45,127 nt of DNA, taken from the NCBI GenBank assembly GCA_964614285.1, contig CAZTKV010000001.1:23811-68937 (forward strand). Direction: 5' to 3'. Of this stretch, positions 1-9,222 are shown piece by piece. The position numbers and the translations under genes were made by a program. Position 1 is the first letter of the stretch; every line of letters starts with the position of its first letter. Source of the stretch: an uncultured Chitinophaga sp. (GTDB lineage: Bacteria; Bacteroidota; Bacteroidia; Chitinophagales; Chitinophagaceae). The notes beneath the pieces were generated by a model. That model searched no databases, was not told the origin of the DNA, and saw only the letters and a list, made by a program, of their open reading frames with translations.

Positions 1-2502
1 TTTCTTTTCCTCCTGCATTTTCCGGAAAAGTTTTTCCAATGCATGGTGGACAGCTGAGCCGAATTCTGTTGCTTCATTTTTTGGCGAGGGGATACGGATC
101 AGGTTTTTGAAATAAAATTCCAGCGGGCATTTCAGGTAGTTGTTCAATGCTGTTACATTCATTACAAACTTGTCCAGTATCCGGCTGATGAATTCTTCTT
201 CAATCTTGTCAATTTCCGGGGCTTCTGCTTCGGCGAAGCTCAATGCGGCAAACTCACTGACTACTTCTGTGTCAATAATTATTTTTTCTACCGGCAATTC
301 ATGTTTATCCTGTATTTCTGCAATGAACATGGACGGCTCCAGTTCCTTACCATCGTTTTTGTATTTGCTGTAAGAAATATATAAATGTTGTTCAGCTCTT
401 GTCAGTGCCACATAAAACAAACGTCTTAGCTCTTCATCATCGGTCCCCTCCCTTCGGGAGGAGAAAAAAATTGTATCAGGGAGTTTGTACCCACCTCCTG
501 GCTTTCTTTTCTTTTCCCAGGAAGTGGCATTACAACCTGCAAAGAATACATATTCAAACTCTAATCCTTTTGAACCGTGGGCTGTCATCAGGTTGATGCC
601 TTTTTCGCTGCCGCTCACCTGTACTAATGGCAAAGAAATATCTTCCTTCTCCATTAGTTCGATAAGATTAACTAATTGTTGAAGGTTGAGATAAGGGTTA
701 CGGTGTGTTTCTTCTTTTACAAAATCAAACAAACCGGTCAGTATTTGTAACTGCCAATGCTTATCACTGCTCTGCATGATATGTGTGAGTACGCCGGCTT
801 CACGAATGATATTTTCAAATAAATGCTGCAATGTTACATTGGAAACATCAGCGATCAATTTTTCAACAATTCCGGAAGCTTTTTTTAATCCATGGTGCAG
901 ACCGTGGCTGAAAAGATCTTTGGCAGGAGTATTGACCTTCTCTGTTAAGACCTGGCGGATGGATGTGCCGTTCCCTGTATATTTTTTATCCGCCACTTCC
1001 ATCGTGAGCTTCGCAATTTCAACAGGCGGAATGCCAAACCAGTCGAAATGCAGGATTTCGAAGAGCATTTCATCTCCGCTGTAAGGGATATCATGTTCAG
1101 AGACGAGATACTTAAGCAGCAGTATAATTTTCCTGGCCAGGGGTAATTCAATAATGTTCAGGTTCCTTTTACTATAGACAGAAATGTTCAGCAGTTTAAA
1201 ATATTGTGATAGCTCTTCACCATATTTATTTTCCTTATAAATAATACCTATTCTTCCGGGTTGAATACCCTGTGATACCAGTTGCTGTACTCTTTTTACG
1301 ATGCTAATCATTTCCAGCCGCTGTGTCTCGTATTCGTGGATGAAGGGCAGGTGTGTGAGATGCTTTAATTTTTCTTTGGATGAAAGCAACTCTTTGCTTA
1401 ATCCTTCAATTTGTTTCACCAGTCGTTCTTCGTTCCGGTCGATCAGCGATTTTGAAATATCAAGTATAGGTTGGGTGGAGCGATAATTATTGGTGAGTAC
1501 TACTGTCAGCAGATCCTTTTGATAATTATCAGCAAACTGCAGCATATTCTCCACATTGGCTCCCTGGAAACGGTAGATACTCTGGTCATCATCACCCACT
1601 ACAAACACATTCGGTTTCTCCCAATAGCTGATCAGTAACTCGACAAGCCGGTTTTGTGTACCGCTGGTGTCCTGGTATTCATCCACCAATATGTATTGAA
1701 ATTTTTCCTGGTAATTGGCAAGCAAGTTTTTATTTTCTTCAAAGGCTTTAATAACCCAGTTGATCATATCATCAAAATCATAACGGTTACGTTTGCGCAT
1801 CAGTTGCTGAAAGCGGTCAAACTCTCCCACGGCTGCCCGCAGCTTCTCCATTCTTTCTATTTCATCCTGGTAAGCAGGTTTTAAATCCCCTTTGTTCCAT
1901 TTGCCAGCTTTATTTGTTTTGTATATAAATTCATCCCTGTTGGGCAGATCAGCTATGTATTCATCAATCTTTTGGTTGATAAAATCCGGTGTCCATCCCT
2001 CCCGCTTCATATTGCTGAACAAATGCTGCAGGTTGTTCACTTCAAAATACACATCGCCCCTGTATCGTTTCAGCGGATGATTTTTGGGAAAAGAGTCTAT
2101 CAGCTCTTTATAGAATTGAATTTTCTCCAGTTCAGAAACAGGATCAAGAGATGTCTTCTCAAACAAGGACAGGTTTTCCTGTATTACATCATTGCAAAAT
2201 GCATGAAAGGTGTAGAGATGCACTTTATAAGCATCAGGTCCGATAAACTGCAATAGCCTTTTTCTCATGGCCACTACACCGGCATCAGTATAGGTCAGAC
2301 AAAGAATATTTTCAGGCAAAGCATCGGTTTCCAGCAAGATTTTTCCGATCCGACTGGCCAGTATCTGTGTTTTGCCGGTTCCCGGACCTGCAATCACCAT
2401 CACCGGGCCTTCAATGGTATTGACCGCCAGTTGTTGCTTTTCATTCAGTCTTTCAAATTCTTCTGCAAACTTTCTCTCTAATCTTTCTTTGTTAAATGAC
2501 AT
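1..2502 (-). CDS. ATP-dependent DNA helicase, UvrD/PcrA/Rep (SF1A) family; 3' end runs off the window
   Basis: Translated by hand from ATG at 2502: MSFNKERLERKFAEEFERLNEKQQLAVNTIEGPVMVIAGPGTGKT (Q motif and Walker A), LCLTYT (Ia), TFHAFC (Ib), ILVDEYQDT (II), VVGDDDQSIYRFQGA (III). Not in the ORF track because it has no stop in the window. Confidence 0.93.
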   Translation of the reverse strand, partial: MSFNKERLERKFAEEFERLNEKQQLAVNTIEGPVMVIAGPGTGKTQILASRIGKILLETDALPENILCLTYTDAGVVAMRKRLLQFIGPDAYKVHLYTFHAFCNDVIQENLSLFEKTSLDPVSELEKIQFYKELIDSFPKNHPLKRYRGDVYFEVNNLQHLFSNMKREGWTPDFINQKIDEYIADLPNRDEFIYKTNKAGKWNKGDLKPAYQDEIERMEKLRAAVGEFDRFQQLMRKRNRYDFDDMINWVIKAFEENKNLLANYQEKFQYILVDEYQDTSGTQNRLVELLISYWEKPNVFVVGDDDQSIYRFQGANVENMLQFADNYQKDLLTVVLTNNYRSTQPILDISKSLIDRNEERLVKQIEGLSKELLSSKEKLKHLTHLPFIHEYETQRLEMISIVKRVQQLVSQGIQPGRIGIIYKENKYGEELSQYFKLLNISVYSKRNLNIIELPLARKIILLLKYLVSEHDIPYSGDEMLFEILHFDWFGIPPVEIAKLTMEVADKKYTGNGTSIRQVLTEKVNTPAKDLFSHGLHHGLKKASGIVEKLIADVSNVTLQHLFENIIREAGVLTHIMQSSDKHWQLQILTGLFDFVKEETHRNPYLNLQQLVNLIELMEKEDISLPLVQVSGSEKGINLMTAHGSKGLEFEYVFFAGCNATSWEKKRKPGGGYKLPDTIFFSSRREGTDDEELRRLFYVALTRAEQHLYISYSKYKNDGKELEPSMFIAEIQDKHELPVEKIIIDTEVVSEFAALSFAEAEAPEIDKIEEEFISRILDKFVMNVTALNNYLKCPLEFYFKNLIRIPSPKNEATEFGSAVHHALEKLFRKMQEEKK

Positions 2503-2564
2503 TGCTTTTCCGAACTTTTCTGTTTAATAAAGGTTATTCAAACGAATTTAACTTATTACAATTT

Positions 2565-3059
2565 ATGGCCGCACATTCAATTAAAACAGTTCAAAAAATT
2601 CCTATTTCATTAGAAAGGGCATGGGATTTTTTTTCCAATCCGGCTAACCTTCAGGCCATTACACCGGGAGACATGGGATTTAAAGTAGTCTCCAGGCATC
2701 ACGGAGATAAAATGTATGCCGGACAAATAATCGAGTACACCGTTAAGCCGGTTTTAGGAATACCCGTTTACTGGATGACTGAAATCACCCAGGTAAAGGA
2801 TCGGGAATACTTCATTGATGAGCAACGCTTTGGCCCGTATGCATTGTGGCATCATCAACATCATTTTAAAGCCATTCCCGGAGGGGTAGAAATGACAGAT
2901 ATTGTTCATTATAAGAATCCGCTTTGGTTTTTGGGTAAACTGGCTAACTTATTATTTGTAAAAGATAAGCTGAAAACCATTTTCAATTACCGGTTTAAGA
3001 AAGTGGAAGAGATATTTGGTGAGTGGCCGGGTAATCAGCAAATACATGTGGAAATCTAA
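2565..3059 (+). CDS. SRPBCC/START-like ligand-binding protein
   Basis: AWDFFSNPANLQAITP, WMTEIT, FIDEQRFGPYALWHHQHHF, MTDIVHY. Start moved to ATG 2565 because 2496 overlaps the helicase start. Confidence 0.85.
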   Translation: MAAHSIKTVQKIPISLERAWDFFSNPANLQAITPGDMGFKVVSRHHGDKMYAGQIIEYTVKPVLGIPVYWMTEITQVKDREYFIDEQRFGPYALWHHQHHFKAIPGGVEMTDIVHYKNPLWFLGKLANLLFVKDKLKTIFNYRFKKVEEIFGEWPGNQQIHVEI

Positions 3060-3083
3060 TAGATGATATCTCAAAACTCCCGG

Positions 3084-5003
3084 CTACTTTATCCCTGCTC
3101 TCTTTTTCAAGTCTGCCACTGGTATTACCAATAACCTGCCAATGGGTTTATTTTTCCTGTAAGTAATTAGTTTCAAAAAAGAGACATCTTTTGGAACAAT
3201 GAGAGGCTCTTTATATAAAGGGTAAAAGTTATCAGGGAATGAGTTGTCAAAACTATAGTGAATGGCTAAGCCGTCAATTTCAGTATCTAATTTCACCATT
3301 ACAGTGGCGGTATCTTTTTTACTGGCAATAATGATAGGATCATAAATGGCCGGTGAATATTTTACTTCGGCTGAATTCATTCTTTCAAAATGTGTTTCTA
3401 CTCTTGCGGCAAAATCATTCCAGTTCCTTTTTTCTTTTGGACTCCATAAAGCTTCTGCTATGGCAAATGCCCTGGGCCATGTCATGTATTGAGCATGGCG
3501 CATATTGTACACCTGTTCCGTCCACAGGTTGGCCTGGCCGCCTTTTACCAGGGAGGGATTAATTCCTTCGGGCAAAGGCTCAAACTGGTAGGCTTTTTTT
3601 AAGCGCAACGTAGCATATACTGGCGGTTCTATAGAAGCATCCCCTTGCATATAATCTATGTAGGCGAAATCGGTTGGGCTCATCACTACTTCATGCCCCT
3701 GTTTGGCGGCTTCAATACCACCCTTCATTCCTCTCCAGCTCATCACAGCTGCGTTCGGTGCTAAACCACCATCCAGTATCTCATCCCAGCCGATCATCTT
3801 TTTGCCTTTGCTGTTGATGATCTTCTCCACTCTTTTTACAAAATAGCTTTGCACTTCATCCAGGTTCTTTAGATTTTCTTTTTGCATCAATGCTTTTATC
3901 TGTTCACTTTTCTCCCAGAAATTCCGGGCTGTTTCGTCACCACCCATATGTATATATTCAAAAGGGAAAAGCTGTGCTACTTCAGAAAACACTTTATCTA
4001 AAAACTCAAATGATTTTTCTAAAGCAGGACAAATAGTATTATCCAGTAATCCATAAAAATGCTGTCCGCCCCCGGGCCAGATCATAAACCGGTCTCCGGG
4101 ACTTACATAATACTCTCCCGGTGTGCAGGACAGTTCAGGGTAAGAAGCAATGGCTGCAAGGCTGTGCCCCGGTACATCAATCTCTGGCAGAATATTGACA
4201 AAACAGTCTCCTGCATATTTCACTATTTCCTTAATATCCTCATGCGTATAAAATCCACCATAAGTAGCAGGTTCTCCCGGATTGGGTTTTGACAGTGTTC
4301 CAAAGGTGCCAGTTCTTTCTACCCGCCATGCTCCCACTTCAGTCAGTTTGGGCAAACTCTTTATTTGTATTCTCCATCCCTGGTCATCGGTTAAATGAAG
4401 ATGCAAGAGATTGAATTTATATTTTACCATCTGGTCAATATAATCTTTTACTTCTGCCACGGTAAAAAAGTGACGGGATACATCCAACATCAATCCCCTC
4501 CATCCAAAGCGGGGATGATCTTCAATGGCGACAATAGGTAATACCCATTCATTTGGTTTTTTATGTATTTCGTTGCCGGCAATTTCTTTTGAAAAAAGTT
4601 GCAAAAGTGTTTGTACGCCATAAAAAATGCCTGATGGCTCATTGGCTATAAGGGTAATGCCGGAAGTTGTAATCTCTAATTTATATCCGTCTTTTGGGAT
4701 GTTTTTATTAGCAGATAGCGACAAAAAAATTGATTTTGGAGAGACTATCGTTCCTTCTTTAATGTTTACCTGGTTGGTTACTGTCCTGATTTGCTTTGAC
4801 AAGTGTTGTGCAGTCCTTTTTACCTCTTCATTTTTAGGAGTTATTATTACAATATTGTAAGGAAGTGTAAAAGAACCTTTCCCCTGGATAATAGATACAG
4901 GCTGGGGTATTATTGAAATTATTTCATTTTTATGCCCTGCTTTTTGACTATACACCGAAGAGAATAAAAGAATGACAATCGTAAATAGAAATATTTTTTT
5001 CAT
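3084..5003 (-). CDS. Beta-N-acetylhexosaminidase (GH20) with signal peptide and C-terminal Fn3-associated domain
   Basis: DHPRFGWRGLMLDVSRHF, HLHLTDDQGWR, PEIDVPGH, catalytic HMGGDE, GWDE, QANLWTE. Confidence 0.95.
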   Translation of the reverse strand: MKKIFLFTIVILLFSSVYSQKAGHKNEIISIIPQPVSIIQGKGSFTLPYNIVIITPKNEEVKRTAQHLSKQIRTVTNQVNIKEGTIVSPKSIFLSLSANKNIPKDGYKLEITTSGITLIANEPSGIFYGVQTLLQLFSKEIAGNEIHKKPNEWVLPIVAIEDHPRFGWRGLMLDVSRHFFTVAEVKDYIDQMVKYKFNLLHLHLTDDQGWRIQIKSLPKLTEVGAWRVERTGTFGTLSKPNPGEPATYGGFYTHEDIKEIVKYAGDCFVNILPEIDVPGHSLAAIASYPELSCTPGEYYVSPGDRFMIWPGGGQHFYGLLDNTICPALEKSFEFLDKVFSEVAQLFPFEYIHMGGDETARNFWEKSEQIKALMQKENLKNLDEVQSYFVKRVEKIINSKGKKMIGWDEILDGGLAPNAAVMSWRGMKGGIEAAKQGHEVVMSPTDFAYIDYMQGDASIEPPVYATLRLKKAYQFEPLPEGINPSLVKGGQANLWTEQVYNMRHAQYMTWPRAFAIAEALWSPKEKRNWNDFAARVETHFERMNSAEVKYSPAIYDPIIIASKKDTATVMVKLDTEIDGLAIHYSFDNSFPDNFYPLYKEPLIVPKDVSFLKLITYRKNKPIGRLLVIPVADLKKRAGIK

Positions 5004-5050
5004 ACAGGAATTTATATGTAAAGCAAGTTACTCGTTTACCCAAAAGAAAT

Positions 5051-5079
5051 AAAAAAGGCTGACAAGTTTCTCGTCAGCC
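5051..5079 (-). terminator. Rho-independent terminator after the TPR gene
   Basis: GGCTGAC-N9-GTCAGCC stem (5057-5079) with A6 at 5051-5056, which is the U-tract on the minus strand. Confidence 0.7.
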
Positions 5080-5104
5080 CAATTAATAATTTAACCATTC
5101 ACCA

Positions 5105-5755
5105 CTATCCCGGTATTCTCGAAATATATTTTTCAATCTGCTTGATCTGGTCAACGATCTGGGGTGTAGTGGGTTTTAATGCTTTTGTTTTTCTGAAGAA
5201 ATCTTTTGCCGCACGGAACTCTCTCTTATTCATCATCAGGCTGCACATCTGCAGGTAAGCAGCAGCTTCATTTTCTTTATCAGGCAAGCCTTTGCGTAAA
5301 GCCTGGCGGATATAACTCTCTGCCTGTTTCAGGTCGTTTTTCTGCATAGAAAGCATTCCCATTTGCAACAAGCTGGCCCCTTCAGCCTCTTTCATTGGCA
5401 TGCCAAGGTCCAGACCTTTCTTCATCATTTTTTCAGCCCCTTCAAAATCCTGCTTCATCATGGCTATATTACCTTTCAGGGTAAAATATACAGAGCGAAT
5501 AGGCTTGTATAAAAGATTAGGGAACTTAATGGAGCTTAAAACCTTTTCAGCACCATCCATATCTCCATTTTCCATATACTCCTGTATCAGGCGCAGTGGG
5601 CCAAAAAAGAAATGCCCGGCTACCAGTATCACACCAACAAGATATAAAGGAAAGGCCGGCCAGAAAGAAGCTGAATAGTTCACATAAATTCCAAGGGCCA
5701 CCAGCACAATACCTATCCAAAGGCGGTATTTGATCAATAGATTATAAAACTTCAT
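5105..5755 (-). CDS. Membrane-anchored tetratricopeptide repeat protein
   Basis: Two N-terminal hydrophobic helices, then TPR-like repeats (GNIAMMKQDFEGAEKMMKKGL; GMLSMQKNDLKQAESYIRQAL). Start 5755 is supported by the TATCTTTG box at 5777-5784. Confidence 0.8.
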   Translation of the reverse strand: MKFYNLLIKYRLWIGIVLVALGIYVNYSASFWPAFPLYLVGVILVAGHFFFGPLRLIQEYMENGDMDGAEKVLSSIKFPNLLYKPIRSVYFTLKGNIAMMKQDFEGAEKMMKKGLDLGMPMKEAEGASLLQMGMLSMQKNDLKQAESYIRQALRKGLPDKENEAAAYLQMCSLMMNKREFRAAKDFFRKTKALKPTTPQIVDQIKQIEKYISRIPG

Positions 5756-5776
5756 CAGGTCACATTTAAAGGAGGG

Positions 5777-5784
5777 CAAAGATA
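5777..5784 (-). promoter_or_regulatory. Bacteroidota -7 promoter element (TAnnTTTG)
   Basis: TATCTTTG on the minus strand, 21 nt upstream of ATG 5755. Confidence 0.55.
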
Positions 5785-5806
5785 AGACCTTACCAGCTAT
5801 CACGGC

Positions 5807-6262
5807 TTACTCTTTCGCATCATTGATTTCGATCCAATATCCATCAGGGTCGTTAAAATAGATCTGTTTTACACCATCTACCCTGGTGGTGATAGTTGCT
5901 TTCTCGCCGGGCCAGTTTTCATATTCAATTTTGTACTTTTTAAGTACCCTGATAAAATCATCCACAGAAGCCAGGCTGAAACACAGGTGGGTATTTTTGG
6001 GATGCTGCAACGGAGCCACAGCCCCCTGGATCAGGTGCAGATGACTTTTAATACCCATACTAAACCAGGTATGTTTTCCATCGTGGAAAGGTTCCGGAAT
6101 AGTGTCCAGCCCGATGATATCCCGGTAAAAGGCAGTACTTTTTTGAAGATCCACCACATACAAAGCGATATGATTCAGGGTCGCTTTTGGAGAAACGTTG
6201 TTTTGCGATGAAGCAGCTATAGTCATAAAGAATAGAAACCCGGCCAGTATGATTTTTTGCAT
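5807..6262 (-). CDS. VOC/glyoxalase family protein with signal peptide
   Basis: LNHIALYVVDLQKSTAFYRDIIGL, HLHL, HLCF, QIYFNDPDGYWIEI. Likely start MQKII at 6262. Confidence 0.88.
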   Translation of the reverse strand: MQKIILAGFLFFMTIAASSQNNVSPKATLNHIALYVVDLQKSTAFYRDIIGLDTIPEPFHDGKHTWFSMGIKSHLHLIQGAVAPLQHPKNTHLCFSLASVDDFIRVLKKYKIEYENWPGEKATITTRVDGVKQIYFNDPDGYWIEINDAKE

Positions 6263-6320
6263 AAACTTATTATTACCCAAGTTAATCAGATTTCCGGTCC
6301 CTCTTTAACCCGGAATCTAT

Positions 6321-6328
6321 TATTTTTG
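6321..6328 (+). promoter_or_regulatory. -7 promoter element for the tRNA
   Basis: TATTTTTG (TAnnTTTG), 27 nt before the tRNA 5' end. Confidence 0.55.
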
Positions 6329-6355
6329 CCGTCCTTTCTGCAATAGTTGAAAGCA

Positions 6356-6427
6356 GGTCCCGTAGTTCAATGGATAGAATAGAAGTTTCCTAAACTTTTG
6401 ATACAGGTTCGATTCCTGTCGGGACTA
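6356..6427 (+). tRNA. tRNA-Arg(CCT)
   Basis: Cloverleaf: acceptor GGTCCCG/CGGGACT, D arm GTTC..GAAT, anticodon arm GAAGT-TTCCTAA-ACTTT, T arm with GGTTCGATTCC, discriminator A. CCA is not encoded. Confidence 0.95.
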
Positions 6428-6462
6428 CTTTAAGAACGAATTAAAAACTCTTAAGAAGAGTC

Positions 6463-6560
6463 AAACCCTTACTAAAATCAATACTGGTAAGGGTTTTATT
6501 ATGTTACAGGTGTAACCCACTCCCGTTAGTTCCCGTTAATTGTTTTACATTTTGTTTTAC
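6463..6560. repeat. Hairpin and short tandem repeats between tRNA and integrase (terminator and candidate arm-type sites)
   Basis: AAACCCTTAC(6463-72)..GTAAGGGTTT(6487-96); GTTACA-gg-TGTAAC (6503-16); TCCCGTTA x2 (6521, 6531); TTGTTTTAC x2 (6540, 6552). Confidence 0.55.
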
Positions 6561-6593
6561 GGTTTTTTGAATCTTTCTTCCTATCTTTAGAGC

Positions 6594-7805
6594 ATGAATC
6601 TGCCACAGGTAAGCGTAGTGTTTAATTGGAGAAACGAGAAGAACAAATCGGGGCTCTACTCAATTCATTTAAGAATTACGATTGACAGGGATTCTCGGTA
6701 CTTTAAAATACCTGTTCCTCAAAAAATCTCCCTTGCTCAATGGGCAGGAAAAGAAGACAACTGGGTCAAGAACCATCAATTTGCATTTGAGATTAACAAC
6801 AAGATCATAGAAAAGAAGAATTCACTCAACGAGTTAATTAAGCGTAGCTATAACTTCAATAAGAGACTTACGTTTGAAATGGTCTTTAAGTATCTCAATA
6901 AGAAAGGGGATTCAAATTCCTTCTACGATTACATGAAAGCATTTATAGCGAACCCTCCTGAGAAATTGGAAGACAACACCATTAAGAAGTATAATACTTG
7001 TTTATCCCATCTTCAGGCTTTCAGAAAGCACTTGTATTTTTCCGACATTGATAATTTACTTGTCAGGGATTTTCATAGGTATATGCAGACAGAGCTTGGA
7101 CTACAGGGAGGTAGTTGTAAAAAATATATGGAAGGCTTTAAGAGGGTAATTAAACAAGCGAGAAAAGATAATTACCTTGACCCAAGCCAAATGGAATTTT
7201 TGTTTGATGATGTGAAGATTAAGGTCGCCCATGCCAAAAGAACTTTCCTTGAACCGCATGAAATCAAAGCCTGGAGAGAAGCAGATATTCCAAAGGAAAA
7301 AGGATACTTAGCAAGAGATAGAGATTTGTTTCTTTTTCAAATTTATACCGGCTACTATTACAAAGACCTCCCAATTTTTACGAAAGACCAACTATATGAA
7401 GACGAAGAGTTTGGGTTTTTTATAGTTGGGGCAAGGGATAAGAACGGTAATCAAACAATTATTCCTTTGTTCAAATTCCCCTACGCAAATAATATTATTC
7501 GAAAGTATAGTTCCCCACCTAACGAGGTTTCAGTCTTTAACCCTCAGCTATTTATTGAGGAACCAGTATATAATCGTAACCTGAAAGAAATAGCAAAACT
7601 TGCTAAGATTAAAAAAAATGTGAGTAATAAGGTTGCCAGGCATACAAATGCCCAACTATGGGTTCGCTATGGAGCAGAGCGCCCAATCCTTTCAAAAATG
7701 TTAGGACATACCAAAGAAGAAACCACAAAAAGTTACTTTTCAATTAACCTTCCTGAAATTGTTGAAGGAACAAAGCGGGTGGATTTTAATAAATTGGGTA
7801 TTTAA
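6594..7805 (+). CDS. Tyrosine recombinase/integrase, Bacteroidota IntDOT/NBU-like (arm-binding, SAM-like and catalytic domains)
   Basis: N-terminal YSIHLRITIDR, RDLFLFQIYTG, RDKN, ARHT, LGHT...TKSY; position next to the tRNA. Confidence 0.9.
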   Translation: MNLPQVSVVFNWRNEKNKSGLYSIHLRITIDRDSRYFKIPVPQKISLAQWAGKEDNWVKNHQFAFEINNKIIEKKNSLNELIKRSYNFNKRLTFEMVFKYLNKKGDSNSFYDYMKAFIANPPEKLEDNTIKKYNTCLSHLQAFRKHLYFSDIDNLLVRDFHRYMQTELGLQGGSCKKYMEGFKRVIKQARKDNYLDPSQMEFLFDDVKIKVAHAKRTFLEPHEIKAWREADIPKEKGYLARDRDLFLFQIYTGYYYKDLPIFTKDQLYEDEEFGFFIVGARDKNGNQTIIPLFKFPYANNIIRKYSSPPNEVSVFNPQLFIEEPVYNRNLKEIAKLAKIKKNVSNKVARHTNAQLWVRYGAERPILSKMLGHTKEETTKSYFSINLPEIVEGTKRVDFNKLGI

Positions 7806-7807
7806 AT

Positions 7808-8015
7808 CTCCTGCCTGCATTACAGCAAATGCCAAGGATAATTGAAATGCTAGGTTATCTGCTGGTTGAAATTGATGCTTCAACATTTGTAGGCGGGGTT
7901 GCCTACTATCGCTATATAAAGGGCTTAATTCCAAAAAAAAATTGGTGAGTTGATTTCTTCTGATCCTTCGACTGTTAGGGAGTGGGAAAAAAGGAAATAT
8001 CAACTTGATAACTAG
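7808..8015 (+). pseudogene. 5'-truncated, frameshifted XRE-family HTH gene remnant
   Basis: Reads LLPALQQMPRIIEMLGYLLVEIDASTFVGGVAYYRYIKGLIPKK; removing one A from the A9 run at 7933-7941 continues it as IGELISSDPSTVREWEKRK (HTH recognition helix). Confidence 0.6.
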
Positions 8016-8085
8016 GAGAAGAAAAATTGTTGATTTTTTCCCTTCTAGTAATTAAAAAGACGTTAGTTTTATTTTTTTAACAAGA

Positions 8086-8116
8086 AGAAGCCGTAGAATT
8101 ACATTCTACGGCTTCT
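8086..8116. terminator. Likely bidirectional terminator
   Basis: Perfect 14-bp stem AGAAGCCGTAGAAT-tac-ATTCTACGGCTTCT between convergent units. Confidence 0.7.
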
Positions 8117-8288
8117 AAATTCTTTTTTAATGGATTATTAATTACGTGACATGGGCAAAATAGGAATTAATTCAGCCCTTCAAAATCTTTTGAAAAAAGA
8201 ACATTTTTCATAACAAAGTCTTTAGGTTTTAGAATAAAGATATAAAATTGTACCAATTTCACAACTGATAGTGTCTTTTATACAGATT

Positions 8289-8990
8289 TTAACTTAAAGT
8301 CCATTTTTTTGCAATTTCCTCATAATTAATTAGATATAACACACTTTTTTTCTGCCTTTTCTTAATATACCGTTGTAATCTTTCATAATATGAGCAAAAA
8401 ACGGCTTTGTAGGCATCTTTCAATATTTCTTCGTCAGCTAGTTCTTTTTTTATAAGGATTGCAATATGCTCGAAAAGGTTTAATATAGAAATAAGAGCCT
8501 GTCTATCTTCAATGTTATTGTCAAGTGCTGAGATAAATTCTCGTATAGGTTTATGGTCTTTTAGTTTGGTCTCGTGTTTTCGTAGAAAGCACCTTACTCT
8601 TTCGACGTTTGGCGCCATATCAGGTTTAAACCATAAAGAACATATTTCAACAGCCAAAATCTTTTTAATATTTTGTGAAGAACGAACTTTTTCCTCTTTT
8701 TCGTATTCGAATTTTGCCAAATCAAAATTTAATTTTTCCTGGTTGGCGTCAAAATTATTTTTTAAATTTTTCGCATGATAAAATAAAGTTGTTGTAACAG
8801 CTCCTCCAGTAAATACGGCAACATAATCTCTAAGTAAAATAGAATTCCAATTCCCTGTAGAATAAGCAATCAAGGCAACAACTCCTGTGAAAATAATAGT
8901 TACAATTCCGCCTACCCAAATAGTTTTGAAATTTGATTTGAAGTTAATTACGTCGGGAAGTGTACTTTCATCCTTTTTTATGGTTGACAT
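8289..8990 (-). CDS. Two-TM protein with DUF4760-like domain
   Basis: Two hydrophobic segments, then ILNLFEHIAILIKKELADEEILKDAY...YIKKR, which resembles DUF4760. AT-rich. Confidence 0.6.
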   Translation of the reverse strand: MSTIKKDESTLPDVINFKSNFKTIWVGGIVTIIFTGVVALIAYSTGNWNSILLRDYVAVFTGGAVTTTLFYHAKNLKNNFDANQEKLNFDLAKFEYEKEEKVRSSQNIKKILAVEICSLWFKPDMAPNVERVRCFLRKHETKLKDHKPIREFISALDNNIEDRQALISILNLFEHIAILIKKELADEEILKDAYKAVFCSYYERLQRYIKKRQKKSVLYLINYEEIAKKWTLS

Positions 8991-9166
8991 TTATATATAT
9001 TTTATTCTTAAATATAAAAAGGAAAATCAGAAACTGTATAGGTAAAAACACCTATTTCGATTGAAAGCCGATTTTGTTTTATTTGAATTCATGATTGTAA
9101 TATTTATTCTTTTTTATGGATTATGAGCCAAGGACTACTTGGGTTATGATTGCTATTGAAATTAAT

Positions 9167-9199
9167 AAAAGCCTGAAGTAAATATATACTCCAGGCTTT
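9167..9199 (-). terminator. Terminator after ardC
   Basis: AAAGCCTG..CAGGCTTT inverted repeat with an A-run on its left side. Confidence 0.6.
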
Positions 9200-9222
9200 G
9201 TGTAACTAACCCATACCAATTC

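Noticed and set aside
446-454. A fourth CCCTCCCTT
   Set aside because: Antisense inside the helicase CDS, with no TTTG at the 16-nt spacing and no downstream gene.
140-2256. Many short ORFs in the track
   Set aside because: They are shadows of the minus-strand helicase, which has all the expected SF1 motifs.
6400-6427. attR copy of the tRNA 3' end
   Set aside because: No second copy found by eye, so the island's right boundary is not called.
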